From assembly GCA_035358035.1 (NCBI GenBank), contig DAOPOS010000003.1, positions 34,513-98,512 of the forward strand: 64,000 nucleotides of DNA, in the 5' to 3' direction. How positions within the stretch are numbered: the first letter of the stretch is position 1; each line of letters starts with the position of its first letter. Shown in pieces: positions 56,335 to 64,000 of the stretch. The DNA comes from Syntrophales bacterium (lineage in GTDB: Bacteria; Desulfobacterota; Syntrophia; Syntrophales; UBA2251). The translations under genes and the position numbers were made by a program. The notes under the pieces are model-generated. The model was not told the origin of the DNA, searched no databases, and saw nothing but the letters and a program-made list of their open reading frames with translations.

Positions 56335-58299
56335 TTATTCTTCCATCATTTGCTCTCTTGCTGCTAACTCCTTGGCCAGTCTGCTTCCTAATTTATCCTT
56401 GTCAGCTAATTCACACTCCCAAACCGTCAAAATCAGCCAGCCAAGCTTCCTGATTTCCTTTTCAACGTGCTTATCTCGTTTCACGTTGCTCGCGAATTTT
56501 TTTTCCCAGAATTCCTGATGTGTTTTTGGTGTGTATGCCAGCTTACATCGCGGGTGACGGTGCCAGTAACATCCATGGACAAAAACAACAGTTTTAAGCC
56601 GTGGGAGAGTTATGTCTGGTTTCCCGGGCAATTTGAGAAAGTGCAACCGGAATCGATACCCTAGAGAGTGAATAATTGATCTCACAACCTTCTCGGGTAA
56701 TGTATTTTTCGACTTGATACGCGACATGTTCCAACTTCTGCGCTGTTCAGAAATTCGCTCCATCACATTCAATGCTCCATCTTTTTTAAACACTCCCTTC
56801 ACGATTTCAGCGATCTGCAATGCCAGTAAAGGAGGTACAGCGTTGCCCACTTGGGTATATTGAGATGTTCTGCTGCCTTCGAAAAAATAATTGTCCTGAA
56901 AAGTTTGAAGCCTGGCTGCTTCCCGAACTGTGAGACTTCTACATTGCACCGGATCAGGGTGAATAAAATAGTGCCCGTCTTTGGATATGTGTGCAACAAT
57001 GGTTGTAGAAGGAGAGTTTTTTAATTGGACCCTGAATCTGTCTGAAAACATCCTGCCTTCCACGGCTTCATCAACGTTCTTATGTGCTGGTCTCAGTTTC
57101 GGGGGAAAGTCGCCAAGAGTAGGAGATTTACCTTTAACTTTTGCATAGCAGGCAGCAAACAAGTAACGATACAAATCTTCTTGCATGTGCCTTTTCGCAG
57201 CGTGGTTACAAACCCCCGGCAACTTCTCATCTGCGAACCACCATGCATGCTTCTTTAGCCATTCCGACTTTTCTTCAGTATATTTTAGTGGGACAAATTC
57301 GCCACCAAGGGTCAGATTGCTCCTCAAACCGGTGGCTTCCTTCATTTCAATAATAAGGTCTTTTGGAATGGCGGCATCGTTTTCAGACGTACTGGTGAAC
57401 AAACTCAGCAGTCGCGTCCAGTTCTCGTTACTGTCAGGGATTCTCGACAATCCGCTTCGAATGCGTGGCATGTCGCAGATAGCATCCCATAGATGAATCT
57501 GCTCTTCACGATTTTCCAGATGATCCGGGTCAATACCAAGGTCTGTCCTTAAGCCCAGAATAATGATCCTGTGGCGACTCTGAGGTATGCCATAATTTTC
57601 ACTATAAAGGAGGTAATCAGAATCTGCGCATGATTTTGAAGAGCGTTGCTTAACGAGAGGATAGAGTTTGTAGCCATGATCAGCAAGATTCTTCATGGAG
57701 AGGTCTTGGAGAATACGGGGGAACGTGGATTCTCCTTTGACACTTGACGACAGAAGCCCCAGGACATTTTCCAGGACGAAGACCGGCGGTTTATGATTAA
57801 TTAATATTCGGAGATACTCACGATACAAGTAGTGGCGGTGATCCCTCTCGTACTTTTTAGGATCTTCCCCTCGCATCCGGTTGCGTCCAATTATTGAATA
57901 CGCTTGGCAAGGAGGGCCGCCGAGAAGCACCCAATTCCCTCTGCCAGCGAGTGCCCTTTCAATGCGCTTGTGAATTTCCTCAGCGTTTTCTTTACACAGC
58001 TCTAAATTCCATGCTTCCTCTTTTGCGGCTGCTGCTTGCTCAGGATAGTGCCTGAATAATTCATCCCGCGTTATGCCATCACCAGTAATATATCGGTAGT
58101 ATTCATCCGGCACTTCCCCATGTGGGAATTTTCTAAAGAAGCTTCTTAATTCAAGAGTCTTGTGTGCACTGGGATCTTTTTCGATCGATAAACATAGTTC
58201 AAATATCGGATTCCCGGTTTCATCTCTCAAAGACGAAAATCCTTCACCAAGCCCTCCTGGACCTGCAAACATGTCAATAACCGGAATCGGCAACTCCAT
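56335..58299 (-). CDS. DNA (cytosine-5) methyltransferase fused in frame to a Vsr very-short-patch-repair endonuclease
   Basis: MTase motifs DMFAGPGG, GGPPCQAYS, VLENV, GIPQSRHR, GNAVPP. The C-terminal 142 aa (56335-56763) read MSRIKSKNTLPEK...LPGKPDITLP...VFVHGCYWHRH...TVWECE, which is Vsr. The ATG at 58299 is preferred over the TTG at 58308. Confidence 0.9.
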   Translation of the reverse strand: MELPIPVIDMFAGPGGLGEGFSSLRDETGNPIFELCLSIEKDPSAHKTLELRSFFRKFPHGEVPDEYYRYITGDGITRDELFRHYPEQAAAAKEEAWNLELCKENAEEIHKRIERALAGRGNWVLLGGPPCQAYSIIGRNRMRGEDPKKYERDHRHYLYREYLRILINHKPPVFVLENVLGLLSSSVKGESTFPRILQDLSMKNLADHGYKLYPLVKQRSSKSCADSDYLLYSENYGIPQSRHRIIILGLRTDLGIDPDHLENREEQIHLWDAICDMPRIRSGLSRIPDSNENWTRLLSLFTSTSENDAAIPKDLIIEMKEATGLRSNLTLGGEFVPLKYTEEKSEWLKKHAWWFADEKLPGVCNHAAKRHMQEDLYRYLFAACYAKVKGKSPTLGDFPPKLRPAHKNVDEAVEGRMFSDRFRVQLKNSPSTTIVAHISKDGHYFIHPDPVQCRSLTVREAARLQTFQDNYFFEGSRTSQYTQVGNAVPPLLALQIAEIVKGVFKKDGALNVMERISEQRRSWNMSRIKSKNTLPEKVVRSIIHSLGYRFRLHFLKLPGKPDITLPRLKTVVFVHGCYWHRHPRCKLAYTPKTHQEFWEKKFASNVKRDKHVEKEIRKLGWLILTVWECELADKDKLGSRLAKELAAREQMMEE

Positions 58300-58300
58300 C

Positions 58301-59137
58301 CTATCCAAAGTACCCCTTCCTCAACTCTCTGGTCACCGCCCGGTACACTTCATCAAATTCCGGTAGGTCAGCCATCTGCGCCGCCAGTCTGACGGCCCAG
58401 AGCTTCCTGAGGCGCGCCTCCTTCCGCTGAAACAGATCCTTTGCATCGTTGAGTGTTCTGCTGCGAAATGCTGCCTTTGCCCGGACCGCCTCAATCAGAT
58501 CGGCGGGTTTGACAAGCCTGTTGCCGGACAGGTGCCAAAGGTCGTAAAGATCCCGGGGCTCGTTCCGCGCCGGATCGAACAGGGCAACGATCTTTTCAGC
58601 GGCTATTTCGTTGAGGGAATAGACGCCGATGACCGCGTCTGTCGGAAGGTCACGGTATTCGGCATAGGCCTTGAGCACGGGCAGGATGGCTACGGGAAAG
58701 ACAATCCGCTCACGGATCGTTATGTCCACCTTGACTTCCTTACCGGCGGCGCCGGGAAGAGGCCCTTCGTAGGCGAGGTAGAATGTGTGGCTGTTTTCGT
58801 GGGAGTGCCTGTCGTATCGGCTGAAGCGGATCTTGACGCCCGACGCTTCTTCCGTGCATTTGAATCCCTCGTCGAGATGGCCCTGGATTGTTTCAAAGGG
58901 GGTCTCTTCGCGCAGGGTGAAATCGAGATCTTCTGAAAAGCGGTAATCAGGGATGTAGCATTTCTTGATGGCCGTACCGCCTTTGAAGGCAAGAATGTCC
59001 CTGAGCGGGGTTGCGGACATGCCCACGAGGAACCAGGAAAGGCAGTAGTCCTTTTCCAGGACAGCCTCGGGAAGGCGGCGCGCTCCCTTCCTGGCGAGGC
59101 GATTTGACAGCAGCGACAGATCGCGTTGCGGAATCAT
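58301..59137 (-). CDS. AbiEii/AbiGii-family nucleotidyltransferase toxin (DUF1814 type)
   Basis: ...LAFKGGTAIKKCY...RFSEDLDF... is typical of AbiEii. Its start shares 1 nt with the abiEi stop. Confidence 0.85.
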   Translation of the reverse strand: MIPQRDLSLLSNRLARKGARRLPEAVLEKDYCLSWFLVGMSATPLRDILAFKGGTAIKKCYIPDYRFSEDLDFTLREETPFETIQGHLDEGFKCTEEASGVKIRFSRYDRHSHENSHTFYLAYEGPLPGAAGKEVKVDITIRERIVFPVAILPVLKAYAEYRDLPTDAVIGVYSLNEIAAEKIVALFDPARNEPRDLYDLWHLSGNRLVKPADLIEAVRAKAAFRSRTLNDAKDLFQRKEARLRKLWAVRLAAQMADLPEFDEVYRAVTRELRKGYFG

Positions 59138-59970
59138 CAGGTCCTCACGGTTGAGAGGAATTCATCGGAAGAAACATTGAGCCGGAGCCGCCACTTGCGC
59201 AGGTACTTCCCCTCGGCCGGCAGGAGCGGATCAAGACTTGCGTAAGTGTCCGTCAGTTTGCTCCGGAGCTGATCCCGGTCCGCTGGGGCGCCGATATCGT
59301 AAAGCTCCATGAGATATCCCAGCCGGCGGATGACGGCGCCGACGTCCATTCGTAGCGCATAATCGACCAGCCTGACGGCTTTCAGGTCCGGCTTCCTGAT
59401 CCAGAGTCCCTTGGCCAGTTCGGTGAGGCCGCCGCAGTATTCCGGCATACGGAGCCCGTCCAGAATGGTCCGTTCGGGATCGCTGATCCTGACCTTTTCC
59501 TGCTTGGTGACCCAGTGGTCCATCAGGCCGAAGAACCCGTCCTTTGCGGAGGCGATGAACCGGAATTCGGTTCCCATGATCCGGATGGGTCGGCGCGGCG
59601 CGCGCGTTGTCACGTGGAACACCAGTTGAGGCTGCGTGACCATGCCGTGGATTGACATCGCCGAGCCATGGGAGAGAAAGTAATCTTTCCCACCGGCCAG
59701 TTCGCGGGCCACAATGAAGGGGTTCCCCAGGTACTCCCGCTCTCTCCCCAGTTCGAAGGGGACAAGGGTGAAAAGGCCGGGCTTCAGACGCGCGACCACG
59801 CCTCTGTTCACAAGCGTTCTGACCAGGCTGCGGGTAGTTGGTTCTTCGAGGCTGAGGATCCGCTGGACATCTTCCAGGCGAAAAACAAGCTTGTTGTCTT
59901 CATGGAGTGATGTGACAAGCAGTGCAGCCTGGGGGCCGAGCGTCTTCAGCGGGCCGTTATGTTTCATCAT
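59137..59970 (-). CDS. AbiEi-family antitoxin / transcriptional regulator (COG5340-like)
   Basis: The N-terminal wHTH-like ...FRLEDVQRILSLEEPTTRSLVRTLVNRGVVARLKPGLFTLVP; the position upstream of abiEii. The ATG at 59970 is preferred because the TTG at 60006 lies upstream of the predicted promoter. Confidence 0.8.
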   Translation of the reverse strand: MMKHNGPLKTLGPQAALLVTSLHEDNKLVFRLEDVQRILSLEEPTTRSLVRTLVNRGVVARLKPGLFTLVPFELGREREYLGNPFIVARELAGGKDYFLSHGSAMSIHGMVTQPQLVFHVTTRAPRRPIRIMGTEFRFIASAKDGFFGLMDHWVTKQEKVRISDPERTILDGLRMPEYCGGLTELAKGLWIRKPDLKAVRLVDYALRMDVGAVIRRLGYLMELYDIGAPADRDQLRSKLTDTYASLDPLLPAEGKYLRKWRLRLNVSSDEFLSTVRT

Positions 59971-59993
59971 TGAAGTGTGTCCTCTGGGAGCAC

Positions 59994-60022
59994 ATAATGC
60001 ACGCAAAGCATGACATTGTCAA
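59994..60022 (-). promoter_or_regulatory. candidate sigma70-type promoter of abiEi
   Basis: The minus strand reads TTGACA (60022-60017), 17-nt spacer, CATTAT (59999-59994). GAGGA lies 9 nt before the ATG at 59970. Confidence 0.5.
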
Positions 60023-60024
60023 TC

Positions 60025-60039
60025 GGCAATTTCATTGCC
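60025..60039. promoter_or_regulatory. palindrome GGCAAT-N3-ATTGCC abutting the -35 box (candidate AbiEi operator)
   Basis: GGCAAT (60025-60030), ttc, ATTGCC (60034-60039). Confidence 0.3.
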
Positions 60040-60185
60040 CGGCATAGCCGAGATCGCTTTGGGATGGCAAAGATCCGTCAACTCTGTTATACGTGCGCGC
60101 ATCGTTCCCGGATCGACCGCTTTGCGGACGCGGGGCGATTCGCCGCCCCGGAAAGGCGTTCCCCGGGAGCCCGACGGAGGAAAGC

Positions 60186-60590
60186 ATGCGCATCGACGAA
60201 ACCCCCCAGGATCACATCCGGACCCTCGGGGGCGAAACCAAGGCGCTGTACGTCCTCGACGACAACGGCCGCTACACGACCGCCCGGACGACGGGCTGGG
60301 AGGTGGAGGAGATCGTCTTGAACCAGGTGATCGAGGACTTCCGGGCCAAAGCGGAGGAGGCCCGCCGCCGCGTCCTCGCGGGCGAGACGTCCCCCATCGA
60401 ATACTACATGTACCGGAACTGGATGGACCCCCTGACGCTGGCGCAGGCCATGGGCCTTTTCCGCTGGCAGGTCCGGCGGCATTTCCGCCCGGCGGTGTTC
60501 GCCCGCCTGTCCGAAACGCGTCTGCGCGCCTATGCGCGCCTCTTCCGCATCGATGTCCCGACGTTGAAAACCCTCAAGGAGGCCCCCTGA
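60186..60590 (+). CDS. hypothetical protein with a possible C-terminal HTH
   Basis: ATG at 60186 after GGAGGA. ...MDPLTLAQAMGLFRWQVRRHF... looks HTH-like. No family recognised. Confidence 0.45.
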   Translation: MRIDETPQDHIRTLGGETKALYVLDDNGRYTTARTTGWEVEEIVLNQVIEDFRAKAEEARRRVLAGETSPIEYYMYRNWMDPLTLAQAMGLFRWQVRRHFRPAVFARLSETRLRAYARLFRIDVPTLKTLKEAP

Positions 60591-61601
60591 TTGGACCCGG
60601 TCATCCCCTTCCCGCACCGCCAGTACGCCCATTGCGAGAGCGGCGTGGTCGCCGCCCTGCTCACCCATTACGGGCTGGCGATTTCGGAGCCCCTGGTCTT
60701 CGGGATCTCCGGCGGGCTCACGTTCGCCTATATCCCCTTCATCAAGATCACGAATCTTCCCATCATCTCCTACCGGATGTTTCCGCACGCGATTATCAAT
60801 GGGATCCAGAAGCGTCTCGGCATCCGGTTCCGGACGCGCACCTACCGGGACCCGCAAAAGGCCCACGGCGATCTGGTCGCGCTCCTGTCCGAAGGCCGGG
60901 TGGTCGGACTTCAGACGTCCGTGTACTGGCTCCCCTACTTCCCCGACGAGATGCGGTTCCAGTTCAACGCCCACAACCTGATCGTGTACGGGATGGAGGA
61001 CGGGGAATTTCTCGTGAGCGATCCGATCGCCGACCACCTGGTCCGGATCGCGCCGGCCGACCTCGAAAACGCGCGGTTTGCAAAGGGGACCCTCGCCCCG
61101 AAAGGATTCCTGTACTACCCGGAAGACGTCCCGTCTTCGATCGCGCTGGAAGAACCGATCCGGAAGGCCATCCGAAAGACGGCGCAGATGATGCTCTACG
61201 CCCCGGTGCCCCTCATCGGCATCAAGGGCATCCGCACCCTGGCCGGCCGGATCGAACGCCTGCGCCGGCACCCGGACGGGCGCTACGTCCGGAATTTCCT
61301 GGGGCATATTGTCCGGATGCAGGAGGAAATCGGGACCGGCGGGGGCGGCTTCCGTTTCATGTACGCCGCCTTTCTGCAGGAGGCCGGCGACACGCTCGGA
61401 CTCCCGGTCCTGAAGGAGGCCTCCCTCCGGATGACCGAATCGGGCGATCTCTGGCGGACCTTCGCGCTCGCCTGCGCCCGGGCCTGCAAGCGCAAGGGCG
61501 ATCCCGTCGATTTCACCGCCATCGCCGACCTCGCGCGCCGGTGCGCCGACTTCGAGGAGCAGGTGTTCCGGATGCTCCTGCGGATGGAGCGGACCGCCTG
61601 A
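60591..61601 (+). CDS. BtrH-N-like (papain/C39-like) plus DUF4872-like protein
   Basis: The TTG start directly follows the upstream stop. N-terminal ...HRQYAHCESGVVAALL... (Cys in the HCESG context) recalled from BtrH_N-type proteins. Confidence 0.55.
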   Translation: MDPVIPFPHRQYAHCESGVVAALLTHYGLAISEPLVFGISGGLTFAYIPFIKITNLPIISYRMFPHAIINGIQKRLGIRFRTRTYRDPQKAHGDLVALLSEGRVVGLQTSVYWLPYFPDEMRFQFNAHNLIVYGMEDGEFLVSDPIADHLVRIAPADLENARFAKGTLAPKGFLYYPEDVPSSIALEEPIRKAIRKTAQMMLYAPVPLIGIKGIRTLAGRIERLRRHPDGRYVRNFLGHIVRMQEEIGTGGGGFRFMYAAFLQEAGDTLGLPVLKEASLRMTESGDLWRTFALACARACKRKGDPVDFTAIADLARRCADFEEQVFRMLLRMERTA

Positions 61602-61653
61602 CGCGCCCCCTCCCCGCTTCCGGGCCGGGCGGGGTTCCCGCGGGACAACGGCC

Positions 61654-62454
61654 TCAGGGCTTCAGCCGGTAGAACCGGTTTCCCAGCGTTTTTCCACCCC
61701 GGACCGTGTCCAGACGGTTGCCGATCGCCCCGTCCAGCTCGACGAGCCGGTCGTCGGGATGCGGATGCGTCTTGAACAGCAGGGCCACCCGGCTCTCGTC
61801 CCGGCCGGTCTGACCGATCGTCTGCAGCACCTCGGGCAGTCCGTACGGCTCGTACCCCGCCCGGACGGTCAGCGCCACCCCCATGCGGTCCGCCTCGAAT
61901 TCGGCGCCCCTGTCCAGGCTGCGGGCGCAGATTTCCGCGCCGCTGCCGATCACCTTCTGAATGATCTCACGATCCGTGCCGACGCGCTGGCCGACCCAGC
62001 CCGCGCCGATATCCAGCAGCTGGGATTGTTTCAGAATCTTGAGGTGATGGCTCCGGACGACGTGGGCGATTTCATGGGACAGGACGCCCGCAAGCTGCGC
62101 CTCGTTCTCCAATCGCCGATAGAGCCCCCGGGTTACGAGGACATAGCCGCCGGGCGCGGCAAAGGCATTGATGTCCTCGCTTTCGATCACGCCGAAGCGC
62201 CAGGGCAGATCCGAGCGCTCGCTCTGGTTGGCGACCCAGCGGCCCACCTGGTTGACGTAGGTCTGCAGCGCCGCGTCGCCGACCAGGGGAGCGGCCCCCA
62301 GCAGATTGCCGGCGATCTCGCGCCCGATCTCGATTTCCTGCTCCTGCGAGGGGCTTTTCAGCAGGGTCTCCCCCAGATCGAGGGCCTCGGCCGGCAAAAC
62401 GCAGACGGCCAACAGGAGCCCCCAGAGGCATCCCAGCATGCACAGGCGCTTCAT
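61654..62454 (-). CDS. M48-family Zn metallopeptidase, secreted or lipoprotein
   Basis: ATG at 62454. Signal MKRLCMLGCLWGLLLAVCVLPA. HEIAH zinc motif and the downstream EFEADR. Confidence 0.85.
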   Translation of the reverse strand: MKRLCMLGCLWGLLLAVCVLPAEALDLGETLLKSPSQEQEIEIGREIAGNLLGAAPLVGDAALQTYVNQVGRWVANQSERSDLPWRFGVIESEDINAFAAPGGYVLVTRGLYRRLENEAQLAGVLSHEIAHVVRSHHLKILKQSQLLDIGAGWVGQRVGTDREIIQKVIGSGAEICARSLDRGAEFEADRMGVALTVRAGYEPYGLPEVLQTIGQTGRDESRVALLFKTHPHPDDRLVELDGAIGNRLDTVRGGKTLGNRFYRLKP

Positions 62455-62972
62455 CGCCCCCCTCCTTCCCGTCCCGGTTCCGGCAGGTAGGCGAACGTGA
62501 CGGCCCGGAGGCCGCCGCGCCGGGCGAACTGCTCGCCCTGTCTGGGGGTCTGGGCGTAGCCGTCCAGCTTCTTCACCTCGGCCGCGTTGTACTGGGCGCC
62601 CTTGAGCTCCTCCTCGTTCAGGCCGCGGACCCCCGTCGTGGCGACGATTCTCCCCGTCCCGGCGCGTCCGCTCGCCACATCGAGCACGCCCCTGGCCGGA
62701 CTCCCGCTCCCGGCCGTGCCGCGCCGGACCGACAGCAGGCGTACCCAGCCGCCGGCCCGCTTCGCGGTCTTGACGTTCAGCCAGGCACCCTTTTTCGCGA
62801 GGATCTGCAGCGTCTCGCCCCGCACGATCGCGCCGGTTGTCCTTGCGTCGCTGTAGGGCGTGGCGCGCAGAACGTCCGCCTTGAGCGCCTGGCCCGTCTC
62901 CGCGGCCCGGGTCATTCCCGGCAGCAGCGGGACCGCCAGCAGGACGGCCAGTAAAATTGCATGAATTTTCAT
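62451..62972 (-). CDS. secreted SH3-like domain protein
   Basis: ATG at 62972. Signal MKIHAILLAVLLAVPLLPG. ...GETLQILAKKGAWLNVKTAKRAGGWV... is SH3_3-like. ATGA overlap with the M48 gene. Confidence 0.55.
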   Translation of the reverse strand: MKIHAILLAVLLAVPLLPGMTRAAETGQALKADVLRATPYSDARTTGAIVRGETLQILAKKGAWLNVKTAKRAGGWVRLLSVRRGTAGSGSPARGVLDVASGRAGTGRIVATTGVRGLNEEELKGAQYNAAEVKKLDGYAQTPRQGEQFARRGGLRAVTFAYLPEPGREGGGR

Positions 62973-63027
62973 CGGGCTCTCCTCCCCGGTCCGGGGGACG
63001 CATCGAGACGGTCGCACACGGCGGGCC

Positions 63028-64000
63028 TCATTCCCCCGGCCGATTTTCCCCCTCGTACTCCAGTTTGATCACCGCCCGGGCAAACAGGCCGCGCCACTGG
63101 TTCGCCAGCGGCCTGTCTCCCGCCAGCCCCCCGGGGTGGAGGGTGTGGCGCACCTTCGTATCGCCGGGCAGTCCGATATCGATCAGGATGGACGGCAGCT
63201 GCCGGACCAGCTGGTCGGCGTCCTGCGCCGCCTGCCGCCCGTACTCCTCCGGCGTTTCGGCGTAGGTCCAACTGACGACGGCCATGTCTCCGAACAGCCC
63301 CCAGATGCCGCTTTGCGACCCCTTCAGGACATCCACCGTGTTGGGCGTTTTGCAGCCCATCTCGATTCTCCGTTTCAATTTCTTGAGCAGGGCCTCCCCC
63401 AGCGGCTCCGCGCTTTCCACCAGGATCGGCATCACGAGCGCCCGCAGTCCGCCCTCGCCCATCTTGACGCCGAAGGCCAGCCAGCGCTGCAGGGCGAGAT
63501 CGTTCGCGAGCGCGTAGACCTTGGCGACGCTGAAATACGCGATCGCCCAGAGAATCGGCCCGCTGAGATCGATGTAGGTGTTCGTGACGTTGATCGTGAC
63601 ATAGGAAATCCCGATCAGTCCGATCTGGCTGCTGCTGAAGATCCGGTTCAGTTTGTCGCGGTCCGCCTGCCGGTAAAAGGCCGCGGCGGTGAGCCAGATC
63701 AGCAGCAGGCTGAACAGGACGTAGGAGAGGGCGCCGCGCCACACATGCAGGTAATCTCCGTGTCTGACATTGTCGATGGCCGTGGCCAGGATCTCCACGC
63801 CCGGATAGACCCGGGCCATGGGCGTGGCCTTCAGGTCGAACAGGCTGGGCGCGGTGGACCCGATGATGACGATCTTCCCCTCGAATTCATTCTGCGGGCG
63901 CTTCTTCTCCCGGCTCGTCATGTCCAGCAGAACCTCGCTGAACGTGACGTACCGGTACGTGAAGGGCTTGCCCCGCCAGTTGATCAGCACGTCGGGCGTC
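63028..64000 (-). CDS. CHASE2-domain membrane sensor; the N-terminus lies beyond the right window edge
   Basis: ...GKIVIIGSTAPSLFDLKATPMARVYPGVEILATAIDNV... followed by three or four TM segments. The frame remains open to position 64000. Confidence 0.7.
   Translation of the reverse strand, partial: TPDVLINWRGKPFTYRYVTFSEVLLDMTSREKKRPQNEFEGKIVIIGSTAPSLFDLKATPMARVYPGVEILATAIDNVRHGDYLHVWRGALSYVLFSLLLIWLTAAAFYRQADRDKLNRIFSSSQIGLIGISYVTINVTNTYIDLSGPILWAIAYFSVAKVYALANDLALQRWLAFGVKMGEGGLRALVMPILVESAEPLGEALLKKLKRRIEMGCKTPNTVDVLKGSQSGIWGLFGDMAVVSWTYAETPEEYGRQAAQDADQLVRQLPSILIDIGLPGDTKVRHTLHPGGLAGDRPLANQWRGLFARAVIKLEYEGENRPGE

Larger units (their letters stand above)
48341..60090. other. compositionally distinct defence island (boundaries approximate)
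   Basis: Hand counts: about 42-47% GC within 49.1-58.3 kb, about 53-65% in the AbiE genes, and about 68% in a flanking host line. All genes lie on the minus strand. No integrase, transposase or tRNA was seen. Confidence 0.6.

Noticed and set aside
60093-60185. A longer N-terminus (ATG at 60093) for the 60186 gene, and the TTG at 60006 start for abiEi
   Set aside because: The upstream extensions are Arg/Pro-rich and lack an SD. Good SD sequences precede 60186 and 59970, and the predicted abiEi promoter lies downstream of 60006.

Overview
High-GC bacterial chromosomal segment (about 65-70% GC, estimated by eye from a few hand-counted lines). It is densely coding and has no rRNA, tRNA or CRISPR array that I can recognise. 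The gene content points to an anaerobic deltaproteobacterium-like organism, but that is inference only: 2-oxoacid:ferredoxin oxidoreductase, an AhbA/B-like gene next to hemL, and many radical-SAM genes. Layout from left to right: (1) argS, truncated at the left edge. (2) 2.0-9.7 kb: two paralogous sets of type IV minor-pilin/pseudopilin genes, two paralogous secreted coiled-coil proteins, and the prepilin peptidase. (3) 9.8-29 kb: housekeeping genes (ribD, a NusG paralog, a kor operon, arfB, a displaced atpE, ahb-like/hemL, nucleotide-sugar genes including gmd/fcl, atpZ-I-B, aguA/aguB). (4) 29-37 kb: MFS transporter, PLP enzyme, OYE/FadH-like reductase, CrtC-like protein and acyl-CoA ligase. 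(5) 37.2-47.3 kb: a tightly coupled ten-gene minus-strand operon encoding ACP, two paralogous radical-SAM enzymes, two ketosynthases, a thioesterase, a PKS-type dehydratase, PlsY, a B12-binding radical-SAM enzyme and a thiolase-OB fusion. I read this as an uncharacterised specialised-lipid pathway. (6) 48.4-60.1 kb: an island of lower GC. It carries a five-gene cassette at about 42-47% GC (Dcm-Vsr fusion, GHKL/MORC-like ATPase, Z1 NTPase, PD-(D/E)XK protein, AIPR protein) joined directly to an AbiEi/AbiEii toxin-antitoxin pair, plus a remnant of a second AbiEi. (7) A BtrH-like protein, an M48 peptidase, an SH3 protein and a CHASE2 sensor truncated at the right edge. The two best candidates for an undescribed system are the defence cassette and the twin-radical-SAM lipid operon. 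Many long ORFs in the supplied track are off-frame or antisense artefacts of the high GC content and were not called.
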